Shown here: piece after piece, positions 40,003 through 48,236 of the stretch
Layout: each line of letters starts with the position of its first letter
How positions within the stretch are numbered: position 1 is the stretch's first letter
Assembly: GCA_028407765.1 (NCBI GenBank)
Contig: JAOOJU010000002.1
Span: forward strand, 1 to 52,010
Source of the DNA: Rickettsiales bacterium
Lineage (GTDB): Bacteria > Pseudomonadota > Alphaproteobacteria > Methylaequorales > Methylaequoraceae
DNA length: 52,010 nt
Reading direction: 5' to 3'
Program-made: the position numbers and the translations under genes
The notes under the pieces: generated by a model
Told to the model about the DNA's origin: nothing
What the model saw: the letters and a program-made list of their open reading frames with translations, nothing else
Database searches by the model: none

Positions 40003-40113
40003 TTAATTTCGAATGGAAATTTTGTTTTTTATTTTATAGAGTATTTCAAGATTATAACTGATTAATGGTAATAAGGCGGTATCATCTTCAACTATTAAAA
40101 TCTGTTTCTTCAC
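40003..40113 (-). pseudogene. phoB: phoB response-regulator remnant (first ~23 codons of the receiver domain only)
   Basis: GTG ORF 12 nt after the phoU stop reads VKKQILIVEDDTALLPLISYNLE, then unrelated sequence and a stop at 40003-40005. It is in the canonical position after phoU. Confidence 0.7.
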
Positions 40114-40125
40114 TCTTTACCTTGA

Positions 40126-40776
40126 CTATAATTTTCCTCGCACATTATAGAGAACTTCCTCACCAATATTTTTTGATAGATCCCCAATCCTTTCAAGTTC
40201 TTTTGCAATAAACAGCATTTGCGCGCAATAACCAATATTATTATTCTGCTCCATCATAAGAATAAGATGTTCTCGAAAACAGGTTTCATAAAGAAGATCA
40301 ATCTCTTTATCTTGAATAGCAATACTTTTAGCTAACGACTCAGAGCTTTCATCATAAGATGTTAGTGCCTGGGACAGAATTTTTATAACTGATTGACCCA
40401 ATCTATAGATGGAATCAGTTGTATAAGTGCTTGGGACTGTTTTTGCTTTTGAGATTCTTGTAGAAATATTTGCTGCATGATCACCAATTCTCTCTAAGGT
40501 TCCTGATAGTTGTATTGAAACAAGAATTTTTCTTAGATCATCTGCTAACGGTTGCCTTTTTGAAAGAGTATTAGTGGCATATTCTCTTATTCTTTTTTCA
40601 CTAAGATTAATTTTTTTCTCGGTTTCAATAATGCTTTTAGAAATTTCATCATTACTCACTTTGATAATTTCTACAGCCAAAAAAACTTGTTTTTCAAGCA
40701 TAACGCCCATCTCGATTATCATATTTTTTAGAAACTCGAGGTCGTTATCATAATTAGAGACTATGTGCTTATCCAT
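40126..40776 (-). CDS. phoU: phosphate signalling complex protein PhoU
   Basis: 216 aa. Two PhoU repeats (ERIGDHAANI and ERIGDLSKNI). Confidence 0.93.
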   Translation of the reverse strand: MDKHIVSNYDNDLEFLKNMIIEMGVMLEKQVFLAVEIIKVSNDEISKSIIETEKKINLSEKRIREYATNTLSKRQPLADDLRKILVSIQLSGTLERIGDHAANISTRISKAKTVPSTYTTDSIYRLGQSVIKILSQALTSYDESSESLAKSIAIQDKEIDLLYETCFREHLILMMEQNNNIGYCAQMLFIAKELERIGDLSKNIGEEVLYNVRGKL

Positions 40777-40777
40777 A

Positions 40778-41542
40778 TTAACCTATCTTTCCTGTTATAT
40801 AATCTTGAGTTTTTTTTTGTTCGGGAGTTGAAAAAATTTTTTCAGTAGGACCAACTTCTACTAAGTTACCCATATGAAAAAAAGCTGTTTGTTGAGAAAC
40901 TCTTGCTGCTTGCTGCATAGAATGTGTGACAATTACAATTGTATAATTCTCAACTAATTCATCAATTAGTTCTTCAACAACAGCAGTTGCTATAGGGTCT
41001 AGAGCTGAACAAGGTTCATCCATTAAGATTATTTCAGGGCTAACAGCAATTGCTCTTGCAATACAAAGCCTCTGTTGTTGACCGCCTGATAATGAAGTTC
41101 CAGTTTCAAATAATCTATTTTTTACTTCATTGAATAAACCAGCTTTTTTCAAACTTGTTACAACTATTTCTTCAAGTTCATCTTTACTGTTAGCTAATCC
41201 ATGAATATTTGGCCCATATGCAACATTATCAAATATAGATTTAGGAAAGGGATTAGGTTTTTGAAAAACCATTCCTACTCTCGATCTTAGTAAAACAGGA
41301 TCAATAGATTTTTCATAAATATCAGAACCGTCAATTAGAATTTTTCCCTTAACAATACATGAATCGATAGTATCATTCATTCTATTCAAGCACCTCAGAA
41401 ATGTTGATTTACCACAACCACTTGGTCCTATTAAGGAAGTTACTTTATTCTCAAAAATATCCAAGTTTATCTTGTTTAAGGCTTGGTTTTCACCATAAAA
41501 AACATCTACTTTTTTACTTGAAATTTTCAGTTTATTTTTCAT
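40778..41542 (-). CDS. pstB: phosphate ABC transporter ATP-binding protein
   Basis: 254 aa. [23 protein letters not shown] and the PstB-specific N-terminus. Confidence 0.97.
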   Translation of the reverse strand: MKNKLKISSKKVDVFYGENQALNKINLDIFENKVTSLIGPSGCGKSTFLRCLNRMNDTIDSCIVKGKILIDGSDIYEKSIDPVLLRSRVGMVFQKPNPFPKSIFDNVAYGPNIHGLANSKDELEEIVVTSLKKAGLFNEVKNRLFETGTSLSGGQQQRLCIARAIAVSPEIILMDEPCSALDPIATAVVEELIDELVENYTIVIVTHSMQQAARVSQQTAFFHMGNLVEVGPTEKIFSTPEQKKTQDYITGKIG

Positions 41543-41561
41543 TTTCCGAATCTATCCTATA

Positions 41562-42840
41562 CTACCACTTTTTTTCAAATTTCTTTCTTATAAATACTGC
41601 AAGTCCATTCATTAAAATTAGAAATGTTAATAGAACCATCACACCTGCTGCTGTTAATTCAACAAACCCTCTTGCAGCTGTACTTTTCCAGAGATAAATT
41701 TGAACTGGTAGTACAGTTGAGGAATCCATAAAAGATCCCGGTATATCGACAATAAATGCAACCATTCCAATCATTAATAAAGGAGCAGATTCTCCGAGTG
41801 CTTGGGACATTCCAATTATCGTACCAGTTAGAATTCCTGGAAGTGAAAGAGGCAAAACATGATGTGTAACTGTTTGAAGTTTTGTCGCACCTAATCCAAT
41901 AGCTGCTTCTCTTATAGAGGGTGGAACTGCCTTTAAAGAAGCTCTTGTAGCAATTATAATAGTTGGTAAAGTCATCAACGCCAAGACCATTCCACCAACA
42001 ATAGGTGCTGAGCGGGGTAAATGCATTACATTTAAAAATATTGCTAACCCTAATAAACCGAAAATTATTGATGGAACTGCGGCAAGATTATTTATATTGA
42101 CCTCAATGAAATCAGTAACTTTATTTTTTGGAGCAAGTTCTTCAAGAAAGACTCCTGCAGCTACAGCAATGGGGAAAGAAAGTAGTAGTGTTATGAAAAG
42201 AGTAAAAAAGGAGCCCATTACAGATCCCCAAATACCAGCTTGTTCGGGTTCTGTAGAATCAGCTGAAGTAAAGAAGGTCTTATTAAAAGAAAACTTTAAA
42301 TCTTTATTGTTAATTAATTTTTGAAACCACTCTAATTGTTTGTCTGAAATTAACCTTTCATCTTCTTCAAGGTTTATCATATCAGGATTTTTATGAATCA
42401 CATCATAAGTAGAGCTTGCAAGCAACCAAATTTTTTGTGATTTACCGATCAAATTATTATCATTAATTACCAGATTTTTTAACTTTTCTTCTTGTGAACT
42501 AGAAATTAGTCCTATTAAGTCATTAATATCATTTCTTTTTTTTACCTCTGGAAAGTAATTGAGTAATGAGTTCTTAATAATTACTCGATAATTTGCATTC
42601 ATAATTTTTTCAGATTCTCTGTTTCCTTCAGGATCAATTATTTTTGGATCAAAAAATACATCTAATTGTATTACAGTATTATGAAGAGCTTTTCTGCCAC
42701 TCATGAATATGGTGGTTAAAATTATAATTAAAAATGTGATGGCAGATATAATTCCAAATAACCCAAAAAGTTTGAAGTTTTTTTTCGCTTCTCCTTCTTT
42801 TTTTTAATGATTGTTCTATTGTTTTTGTAACCTTACTCAT
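41562..42840 (-). pseudogene. pstA: phosphate ABC transporter permease PstA (long form), +1 frameshift near the 5' end
   Basis: ATG 42840 overlaps the pstC stop (ATGAGTAA) and reads MSKVTKTIEQSLKKRRRSEK. The frame then shifts at the T8 run 42778-42785 into ..NFKLFGLFGIISAITFLIIILTTIFMSGRK.., which is the track ORF 41562-42704. Confidence 0.88.
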
Positions 42841-44218
42841 ATCGTTCTCTATATTTATGAACTATTTTAAGTGCTAGTAAATTAAGTATGAGTGTTATAA
42901 CAAATAATGTAATCCCAAGTGCAAAAGCTGCGAGTGTTTTTGTGCTGTCAAACTCCTGATCACCGACCAATAAAGTTACAATTTGAACAGTAACTGTTGT
43001 TACAGACTCAAATGGATTTGCTGTCAGATTTGCTGCAATGCCTGCCGCCATAACAACGATCATTGTTTCTCCGATTGCTCTCGAAATTGCTAACAAAATT
43101 GCACCCATTATACCTGGAAGAGCCGCAGGTAGGACAACCTTTTTTATAGTTTCTGATTTTGTTGCTCCCATTGCGAATGAACCATCTCTGAGAGTTTGTG
43201 GGACAGCTGAAATTACATCATCAGACAAAGAAGAAATAAATGGAATAATCATTATTCCCATAACACCACCTGCAGCAATTGCACTTTCGGAGGCAATACT
43301 AAATCCAAAAAAATCTGCTAAATCTTTGAAGAAAGGACCAACGGTTATAGCGGCAAAAAAACCATAAACTACTGTAGGAACACCAGCTAAAATCTCTAGC
43401 ATCGGCTTAATTATACTTCGGGTATTATTCGAGGCATATTCTGAAAGGTATATAGCCGATGTTAATCCAATGGGAATTGAAATAAACATAGCAATTAATG
43501 TTATTAATAGAGTTCCTGCAAATATTGGAACTGCTCCAAATGAGCCTTGGCTTGCAACTTGATCTTCTCTAATAGCCATTTGCGGACTCCATGATAAGCC
43601 AAATAGAAAGTCTAGTATTGGTATTTGATTAAAAAATCTGATAGCTTCAAAAATCAAAGAAAAGACGATTCCAACTGTTGTGACTATCGCAACTATGGAA
43701 CATAGAATTAGAAAATATACATTTGATTTTTCAACTGATTGCCTTGCTTTAAATCCTTGACCTATTTTTTTTAAAGAAAATAAACATAGCAGTGAACTTA
43801 TTCCGAGAATAAACCATAAAGCATATGCCTTATAAGAAGTCGAAATTTTCTCAAAGTATAATGCTCCATCTATTAAACGTTGATCGGTTCCAGGAAATGG
43901 ATTTTCTATATTTATAGATTTGACTCTATCTACCAACATTTGTGTGCCCCCAACAAACTCCTCTTTTATTTCAGGGGATAAAAAAGAAAATAATAAATTA
44001 TCAAAGATATGCGATTTTATAGTGAGCCAGAAAAAGAGACCTATTAATGCTGGAATAATAAGCCATATCACTGCATTTTCTCCGTAATATTTTGGGAGAG
44101 AAGGCAGTTGATTTTCTTTTGTTAAACTGGAGTTGAGGCGAATGGCCTTAGTGTTCCCATACCAATAAGCAATGATTGCGATTATAAATATGAAACTACT
44201 AAAAGACCAAAAACCCAT
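42833..44218 (-). CDS. pstC: phosphate ABC transporter permease PstC (long form)
   Basis: 461 aa. Polytopic, with the EAA-type permease loop (AMGATKSETIKKVVLPAALPGI). Confidence 0.93.
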   Translation of the reverse strand: MGFWSFSSFIFIIAIIAYWYGNTKAIRLNSSLTKENQLPSLPKYYGENAVIWLIIPALIGLFFWLTIKSHIFDNLLFSFLSPEIKEEFVGGTQMLVDRVKSINIENPFPGTDQRLIDGALYFEKISTSYKAYALWFILGISSLLCLFSLKKIGQGFKARQSVEKSNVYFLILCSIVAIVTTVGIVFSLIFEAIRFFNQIPILDFLFGLSWSPQMAIREDQVASQGSFGAVPIFAGTLLITLIAMFISIPIGLTSAIYLSEYASNNTRSIIKPMLEILAGVPTVVYGFFAAITVGPFFKDLADFFGFSIASESAIAAGGVMGIMIIPFISSLSDDVISAVPQTLRDGSFAMGATKSETIKKVVLPAALPGIMGAILLAISRAIGETMIVVMAAGIAANLTANPFESVTTVTVQIVTLLVGDQEFDSTKTLAAFALGITLFVITLILNLLALKIVHKYRERYE

Positions 44219-44242
44219 AAATTAATATTATATCAAATACAT

Positions 44243-45292
44243 TTATTTTTTAAGAACTTTACCATCAAATTTTGTAAATTTCTTACCATCTTCTTCAAAG
44301 CTAGCTCTAAGGTCTTCAGATAATGGAATTAGTCCTTTAGAAACTAAATAACCATCGTTACCTATAGCCTTCGCTGAAGTAAATTCCTTGACATATTCCT
44401 TAACTCCTGGAATTACACTTGCGTGCGCATTCTTAATATAAAAGAATAGCGAACGTGAAACTGGATATTTCCCAGAAGAGATAGCTTCAAATTCAGGGAA
44501 TACTCCATCAACTTTTGCCGCTTTAACCTTATCTCTATTTTGATCAAGGAATGAATACCCAAAGACTCCCAATGCACCAGAATCGGCAACTAGTTTTTCA
44601 ATAATAAGATTATCATTTTCTCCAGCCTCGACATAAGGACCATCTTCTCGTATAGACCTACATTGAGCTTTATAAAGTTTTTTATCCTTTTTCTTTAGCG
44701 CGGCTCTTCCAGGGAATTTTTTACATCCTCTTTCTATAGCAAGCTCGTTAAAGGCATCCCTAGTACCAGATGTTGGTGGTGGTCCAATGACAACAATAGG
44801 AGCATTGGGCAAAGCAGGATTTACTTCATTCCAGGTTTTGTATGGATTTGGTTTAACTGTATCTCCATTCGCATCTGCAGGAACATCCTTAGCTAATGCG
44901 AGATAAATATCCTTAAGTGTTAATTCAAGAGTAGGTCCAGATTTAGCGTTAGCCATTGCAATTCCATCAAAACCGATTTTAATTTCAGTGATATCTGCAA
45001 CACCATTTTTTTCGCATGTTTCTATTTCTTTAGATTTAATTCTTCGAGAGACATTAGTAATATCTGGATGTTGAGTTCCAAGACCTTTACAAAAGAGTTT
45101 GAGACCACCACCTGAACCAGTGGATTCAATAACTGGCGTCTTAAAACCGCTTGTTTTACCAAACCTTTCGGCTACAACAGTAGCAAAAGGATAAACTGTT
45201 GAGGACCCAACAATCTTTATTTGATCACGGGCAACTGCATTTCCGGTAACACTAAAAGCAAGAAGAGTTGCTATTAATAAAGTTTTTTTCAT
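44243..45292 (-). CDS. pstS: phosphate ABC transporter substrate-binding protein
   Basis: 349 aa. Signal peptide and the GSSTVYPF / TSGTRD motifs of the PstS family. Confidence 0.93.
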   Translation of the reverse strand: MKKTLLIATLLAFSVTGNAVARDQIKIVGSSTVYPFATVVAERFGKTSGFKTPVIESTGSGGGLKLFCKGLGTQHPDITNVSRRIKSKEIETCEKNGVADITEIKIGFDGIAMANAKSGPTLELTLKDIYLALAKDVPADANGDTVKPNPYKTWNEVNPALPNAPIVVIGPPPTSGTRDAFNELAIERGCKKFPGRAALKKKDKKLYKAQCRSIREDGPYVEAGENDNLIIEKLVADSGALGVFGYSFLDQNRDKVKAAKVDGVFPEFEAISSGKYPVSRSLFFYIKNAHASVIPGVKEYVKEFTSAKAIGNDGYLVSKGLIPLSEDLRASFEEDGKKFTKFDGKVLKK

Positions 45293-45365
45293 TTAAATTC
45301 CTCATTAAAAGTTAAGTTAATATTAAAAAAGAATATTTATATTAAATCCAAAAAAATAAGAAAGT

Positions 45366-45394
45366 ATGACAGTAATGTGACAGTTTTATGACAA
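45366..45394 (-). promoter_or_regulatory. Pho box array (three 7-nt direct repeats at 11-nt spacing) upstream of pstS
   Basis: The minus strand reads TTGTCAT-AAAA-CTGTCAC-ATTA-CTGTCAT. The E. coli consensus is CTGTCATA(A/T)A(A/T)CTGTCA(C/T). It is 73 nt upstream of the pstS ATG in the correct orientation. Confidence 0.75.
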
Positions 45395-45471
45395 TACACA
45401 CTTATTAAATTTATTTTGTATTAATTCTATTTTTAGAATACAAATAACAAAATTATTAATAGGAGAATTTA

Positions 45472-46020
45472 ATGACAAATAAAATGATTATGAGAGTAGG
45501 CGAATCCTTGGTTGCAGGGGGACCTCCTGGAACTGCTGCGGAGCCAGAAATTATTATTGGTGAATTAGATGGGCCTTTTGGAACAGCTTTCGCGAATTTA
45601 TTAGGAACTCAAGAAAAAGGGCACTCTAAAGTTCTGGCGATAATGAATACGGATATTATGGTTAGACCCGCAACATTAATGGTGAGTAAAGTAACTGTTA
45701 ACAAGGAAAGATATACGAATATTTTGATGGGTACTGTTCAAGCCGCAATAGCAAATGGTGTGTTAGATGCCGTAAGATCTGGAGATATTCCAAAGGATAA
45801 GGCTAATGAATTAGGAGTTATTGTATCAGTATGGCTTAATCCATCAGTAGCTAATGATGATAATCTGGATCATAAGATTTTATTTGATATTCACAGAAAA
45901 GCTACTTTTAATGCAATTAATAAAGCTATGAATAATGAACCATCAATTGATTGGTTGTTGGAGAACCAAGAAAAGATTGTTCATAAATACTTTCAAATGG
46001 GCTTGGATGGTAAAATCTAG
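45472..46020 (+). CDS. formaldehyde-activating enzyme (Fae) family homologue
   Basis: 182 aa with an AGGAG RBS. Full-length similarity, by recollection, to Fae (VGE.LVG.G....IIG...GP..TAF.N.L......L......P.TLM..KVT.N......G..Q.....V.DAV..G.IP......L...V.V...). Confidence 0.7.
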   Translation: MTNKMIMRVGESLVAGGPPGTAAEPEIIIGELDGPFGTAFANLLGTQEKGHSKVLAIMNTDIMVRPATLMVSKVTVNKERYTNILMGTVQAAIANGVLDAVRSGDIPKDKANELGVIVSVWLNPSVANDDNLDHKILFDIHRKATFNAINKAMNNEPSIDWLLENQEKIVHKYFQMGLDGKI

Positions 46021-46065
46021 TTTAATTTTTTCAATCATTTATATTTTTCAGGTTGTGAATTATTC

Positions 46066-46470
46066 TTAACAATATTTTACAATAAAAGTTATATAGATTA
46101 TGAATACTAACATTAATGAAATGAAGACTGCGGCGCTTCCCAAGTCTTTAGCCTTCTTTGATAAATCATGATGTTCAAGAGAAACTCTATCTATGACTGC
46201 TTCAATGCTTGAGTTTAACAGTTCAACAATTAAAAGCACCAAAATACTTCCTATCATAAGTATTTTTTCTACAAATGTTGCAGGTAGAAATAGTGCAAGT
46301 GGAATTAATACGATACTAAGAAATAATTCTTGTCTAAAGGCGCTTTCTTCTTTAAACGCAAAACTGAATCCAGAAAAACTATTGCTAAATGCAAAAAAAA
46401 CTTTTTTAATTCCCTTTTTTTTATAAGGATGTTCACCGATGTTATATTTAGATCTTGTTTTTTTTTTCAT
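46066..46470 (-). CDS. dgkA: diacylglycerol kinase (prokaryotic DgkA family)
   Basis: 134 aa. Three TM segments. ELLNSSIEAVIDRVS...HDLSKKAKDLGSAAV motif. Confidence 0.85.
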   Translation of the reverse strand: MKKKTRSKYNIGEHPYKKKGIKKVFFAFSNSFSGFSFAFKEESAFRQELFLSIVLIPLALFLPATFVEKILMIGSILVLLIVELLNSSIEAVIDRVSLEHHDLSKKAKDLGSAAVFISLMLVFIIYITFIVKYC

Positions 46471-46653
46471 ACTAGATTTTTTGTATTATTAACAATAATT
46501 TTATTATGTAAATAAGTCAAAATTACATAGAAACTATCGTTCATAATATTTCTCAAAAGATATATTTTTTTCTAGTAAGTGATTAAAAACATAAGCTTTA
46601 CAATTATTTATTATATTATTATTACAAAAAAATTTTAGTTTTGTTTGATTGTT

Positions 46654-46683
46654 AAAAAAGCCCTTTTAATAGGGCTTTTTTTT
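46654..46683 (-). terminator. rho-independent (bidirectional-looking) terminator downstream of the porin gene
   Basis: AGCCCT (46659-46664), 6-nt loop, AGGGCT (46671-46676), flanked by A6 on one side and T8 on the other. It is 25 nt after the porin stop. Confidence 0.7.
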
Positions 46684-46707
46684 GCACAATTAACTATTCA
46701 TAAACTA

Positions 46708-48099
46708 TTAGAATTTAAGATGTAATCTAGTTTGAGCTGAAGTCATCGTATGTCTGCCAGTTTGATCTCTTACCCAGTCAGTATGACCACCTAAGTATAG
46801 ACCTCTCGCAATATCAACCATTATTCTAACATTAGAAGTAAAATAGTGATTGAATCCTACATGTAGTACTTTAGCATGAGTACCAGCAGTAGCAGTAGCA
46901 CTTAATTCACCGTCTCGTGAATCGATTGATTCAAGCATGGCTTTGATTGCCGTGCAACCAGTGGACGATTTACACTTAACACCGCCAATTACACCTTTTT
47001 TTCCGCTAATTTTAACGTTAGCGTTCCCATTAACAAAATATTGAGCATAGATTGCCCCACCTTGAGCGGCATAATCGTCATACGTTGAGTAATCTCCTTT
47101 TCTATCTCCAGAAATGAAATAGTATTCAGCAGACGCAAAGAAAGGTCCATTTGTATATATAGCCTGTGGCCCACCATAACCATAAGAGATTATATTTGAT
47201 AACGTAGTATCCACAATTTTTTCACCCAAGGTATGAACACCTTGTTGTCTGAAAGAAACGCCTCTAGCATTATCATTTAGCGGACGCTCTATCGTATAAG
47301 AACCACCAATCAAGTACTGATGTTTTTTACCTAAATTTTGAGTATAGTGAGTAGCAACTGAGTGATTCCATGAAGTCTCTGTACCATCACCGTCTTCTTG
47401 TTCCTGTCGCCAAGCACCTTCATTACCATAAGTCATCGACACTTTAACATGAAGGTTTTTCCCAAAAGCTCCACCTGTATCGTAGTGTATACCAGCTCTA
47501 TGGGCAAGATTTGCAAACTCATTGTACATTGGTCGTTCCATCATTAATAAACTATTTGAACTTGTGTTCTCATACATACCGCCGGCAGATTTTACGTTAC
47601 CGAAAGAAAATTTTCCTAACCCTTTAATTTTTTTTGAGATATATGCGTCTTTTACATCAACACCCTTTGCTGCTGAAGTAGTAGAATTACTAGCAGAATC
47701 ATCAGTAACTGTTTCAGCGAAATCAGGTTGGAATGCAAAACCCCACCCGTCTCCTGTGTCTACTTTAATTGAGAAACGAAGTCTTCTGATTTCAGCACCA
47801 AATCCATCATAGTGATCTGCTGCTCCTAATTGGCCTTCATGAAAACCACCAACTTGTGTTAAATCAAACATTGCTCTCCCTTTAATTTGAAAGCTATATT
47901 TTCCATCAACGCTCTTAATACTGAGCCCTCTTCCTTTTTTAAAATAGGCTTTGTTTTTATCTGAATTCATTTCTTGTTTAATTTTTAGTAGTTCATTTTG
48001 AAGTGCATCAATCTGTGCATCGTATTCTCCAGCCCCTTTTGCATGAGTGCTCAAAGCCATAACTGATGCTATTGCTGTTAAAATAAAAAGTTTTTTCAT
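46708..48099 (-). CDS. phosphate-selective porin O/P (OprO/OprP) family outer-membrane protein
   Basis: 463 aa. Signal peptide, N-terminal coiled segment, SIKSVDGKYSFQIKGRAMFD start of the barrel, C-terminal ...RLHLKF. A Pho box lies upstream. Confidence 0.72.
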   Translation of the reverse strand: MKKLFILTAIASVMALSTHAKGAGEYDAQIDALQNELLKIKQEMNSDKNKAYFKKGRGLSIKSVDGKYSFQIKGRAMFDLTQVGGFHEGQLGAADHYDGFGAEIRRLRFSIKVDTGDGWGFAFQPDFAETVTDDSASNSTTSAAKGVDVKDAYISKKIKGLGKFSFGNVKSAGGMYENTSSNSLLMMERPMYNEFANLAHRAGIHYDTGGAFGKNLHVKVSMTYGNEGAWRQEQEDGDGTETSWNHSVATHYTQNLGKKHQYLIGGSYTIERPLNDNARGVSFRQQGVHTLGEKIVDTTLSNIISYGYGGPQAIYTNGPFFASAEYYFISGDRKGDYSTYDDYAAQGGAIYAQYFVNGNANVKISGKKGVIGGVKCKSSTGCTAIKAMLESIDSRDGELSATATAGTHAKVLHVGFNHYFTSNVRIMVDIARGLYLGGHTDWVRDQTGRHTMTSAQTRLHLKF

Positions 48100-48148
48100 T
48101 TTAAATTCCTTCTTTAAGTTAAATTAGTATGGAGATTAGTAATTTAAT

Positions 48149-48166
48149 ATGGCAGTTTAATGACAA
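48149..48166 (-). promoter_or_regulatory. Pho box upstream of the porin gene
   Basis: The minus strand reads TTGTCAT-TAAA-CTGCCAT, 50 nt upstream of the porin ATG (48099). Confidence 0.55.
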
Positions 48167-48236
48167 AAAAGGATAAAACCTTATTTTGTTGTTTTATTAC
48201 AACAAATAAAAATGCATAAATATTTAAGTTAAAATT

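Noticed and set aside
45416-45443. Imperfect AT-only inverted repeat (TTGTAT-TAAT-TCTA TTTT TAGAATACAA) between the Pho boxes and the Fae-like gene. It could be an operator or a hairpin.
   Set aside because: The clean stem is only 6 bp (ATTCTA/TAGAAT), followed by a 4-nt bulge. Palindromes of this quality are expected in roughly 70% A+T DNA.
46467-46544. A 25-codon upstream ORF (MNDSFYVILTYLHNKIIVNNTKNLV*) whose TGA overlaps the dgkA ATG (ATGA).
   Set aside because: There is no convincing RBS. An open stretch of this length is not rare enough by chance, and conservation cannot be tested here.
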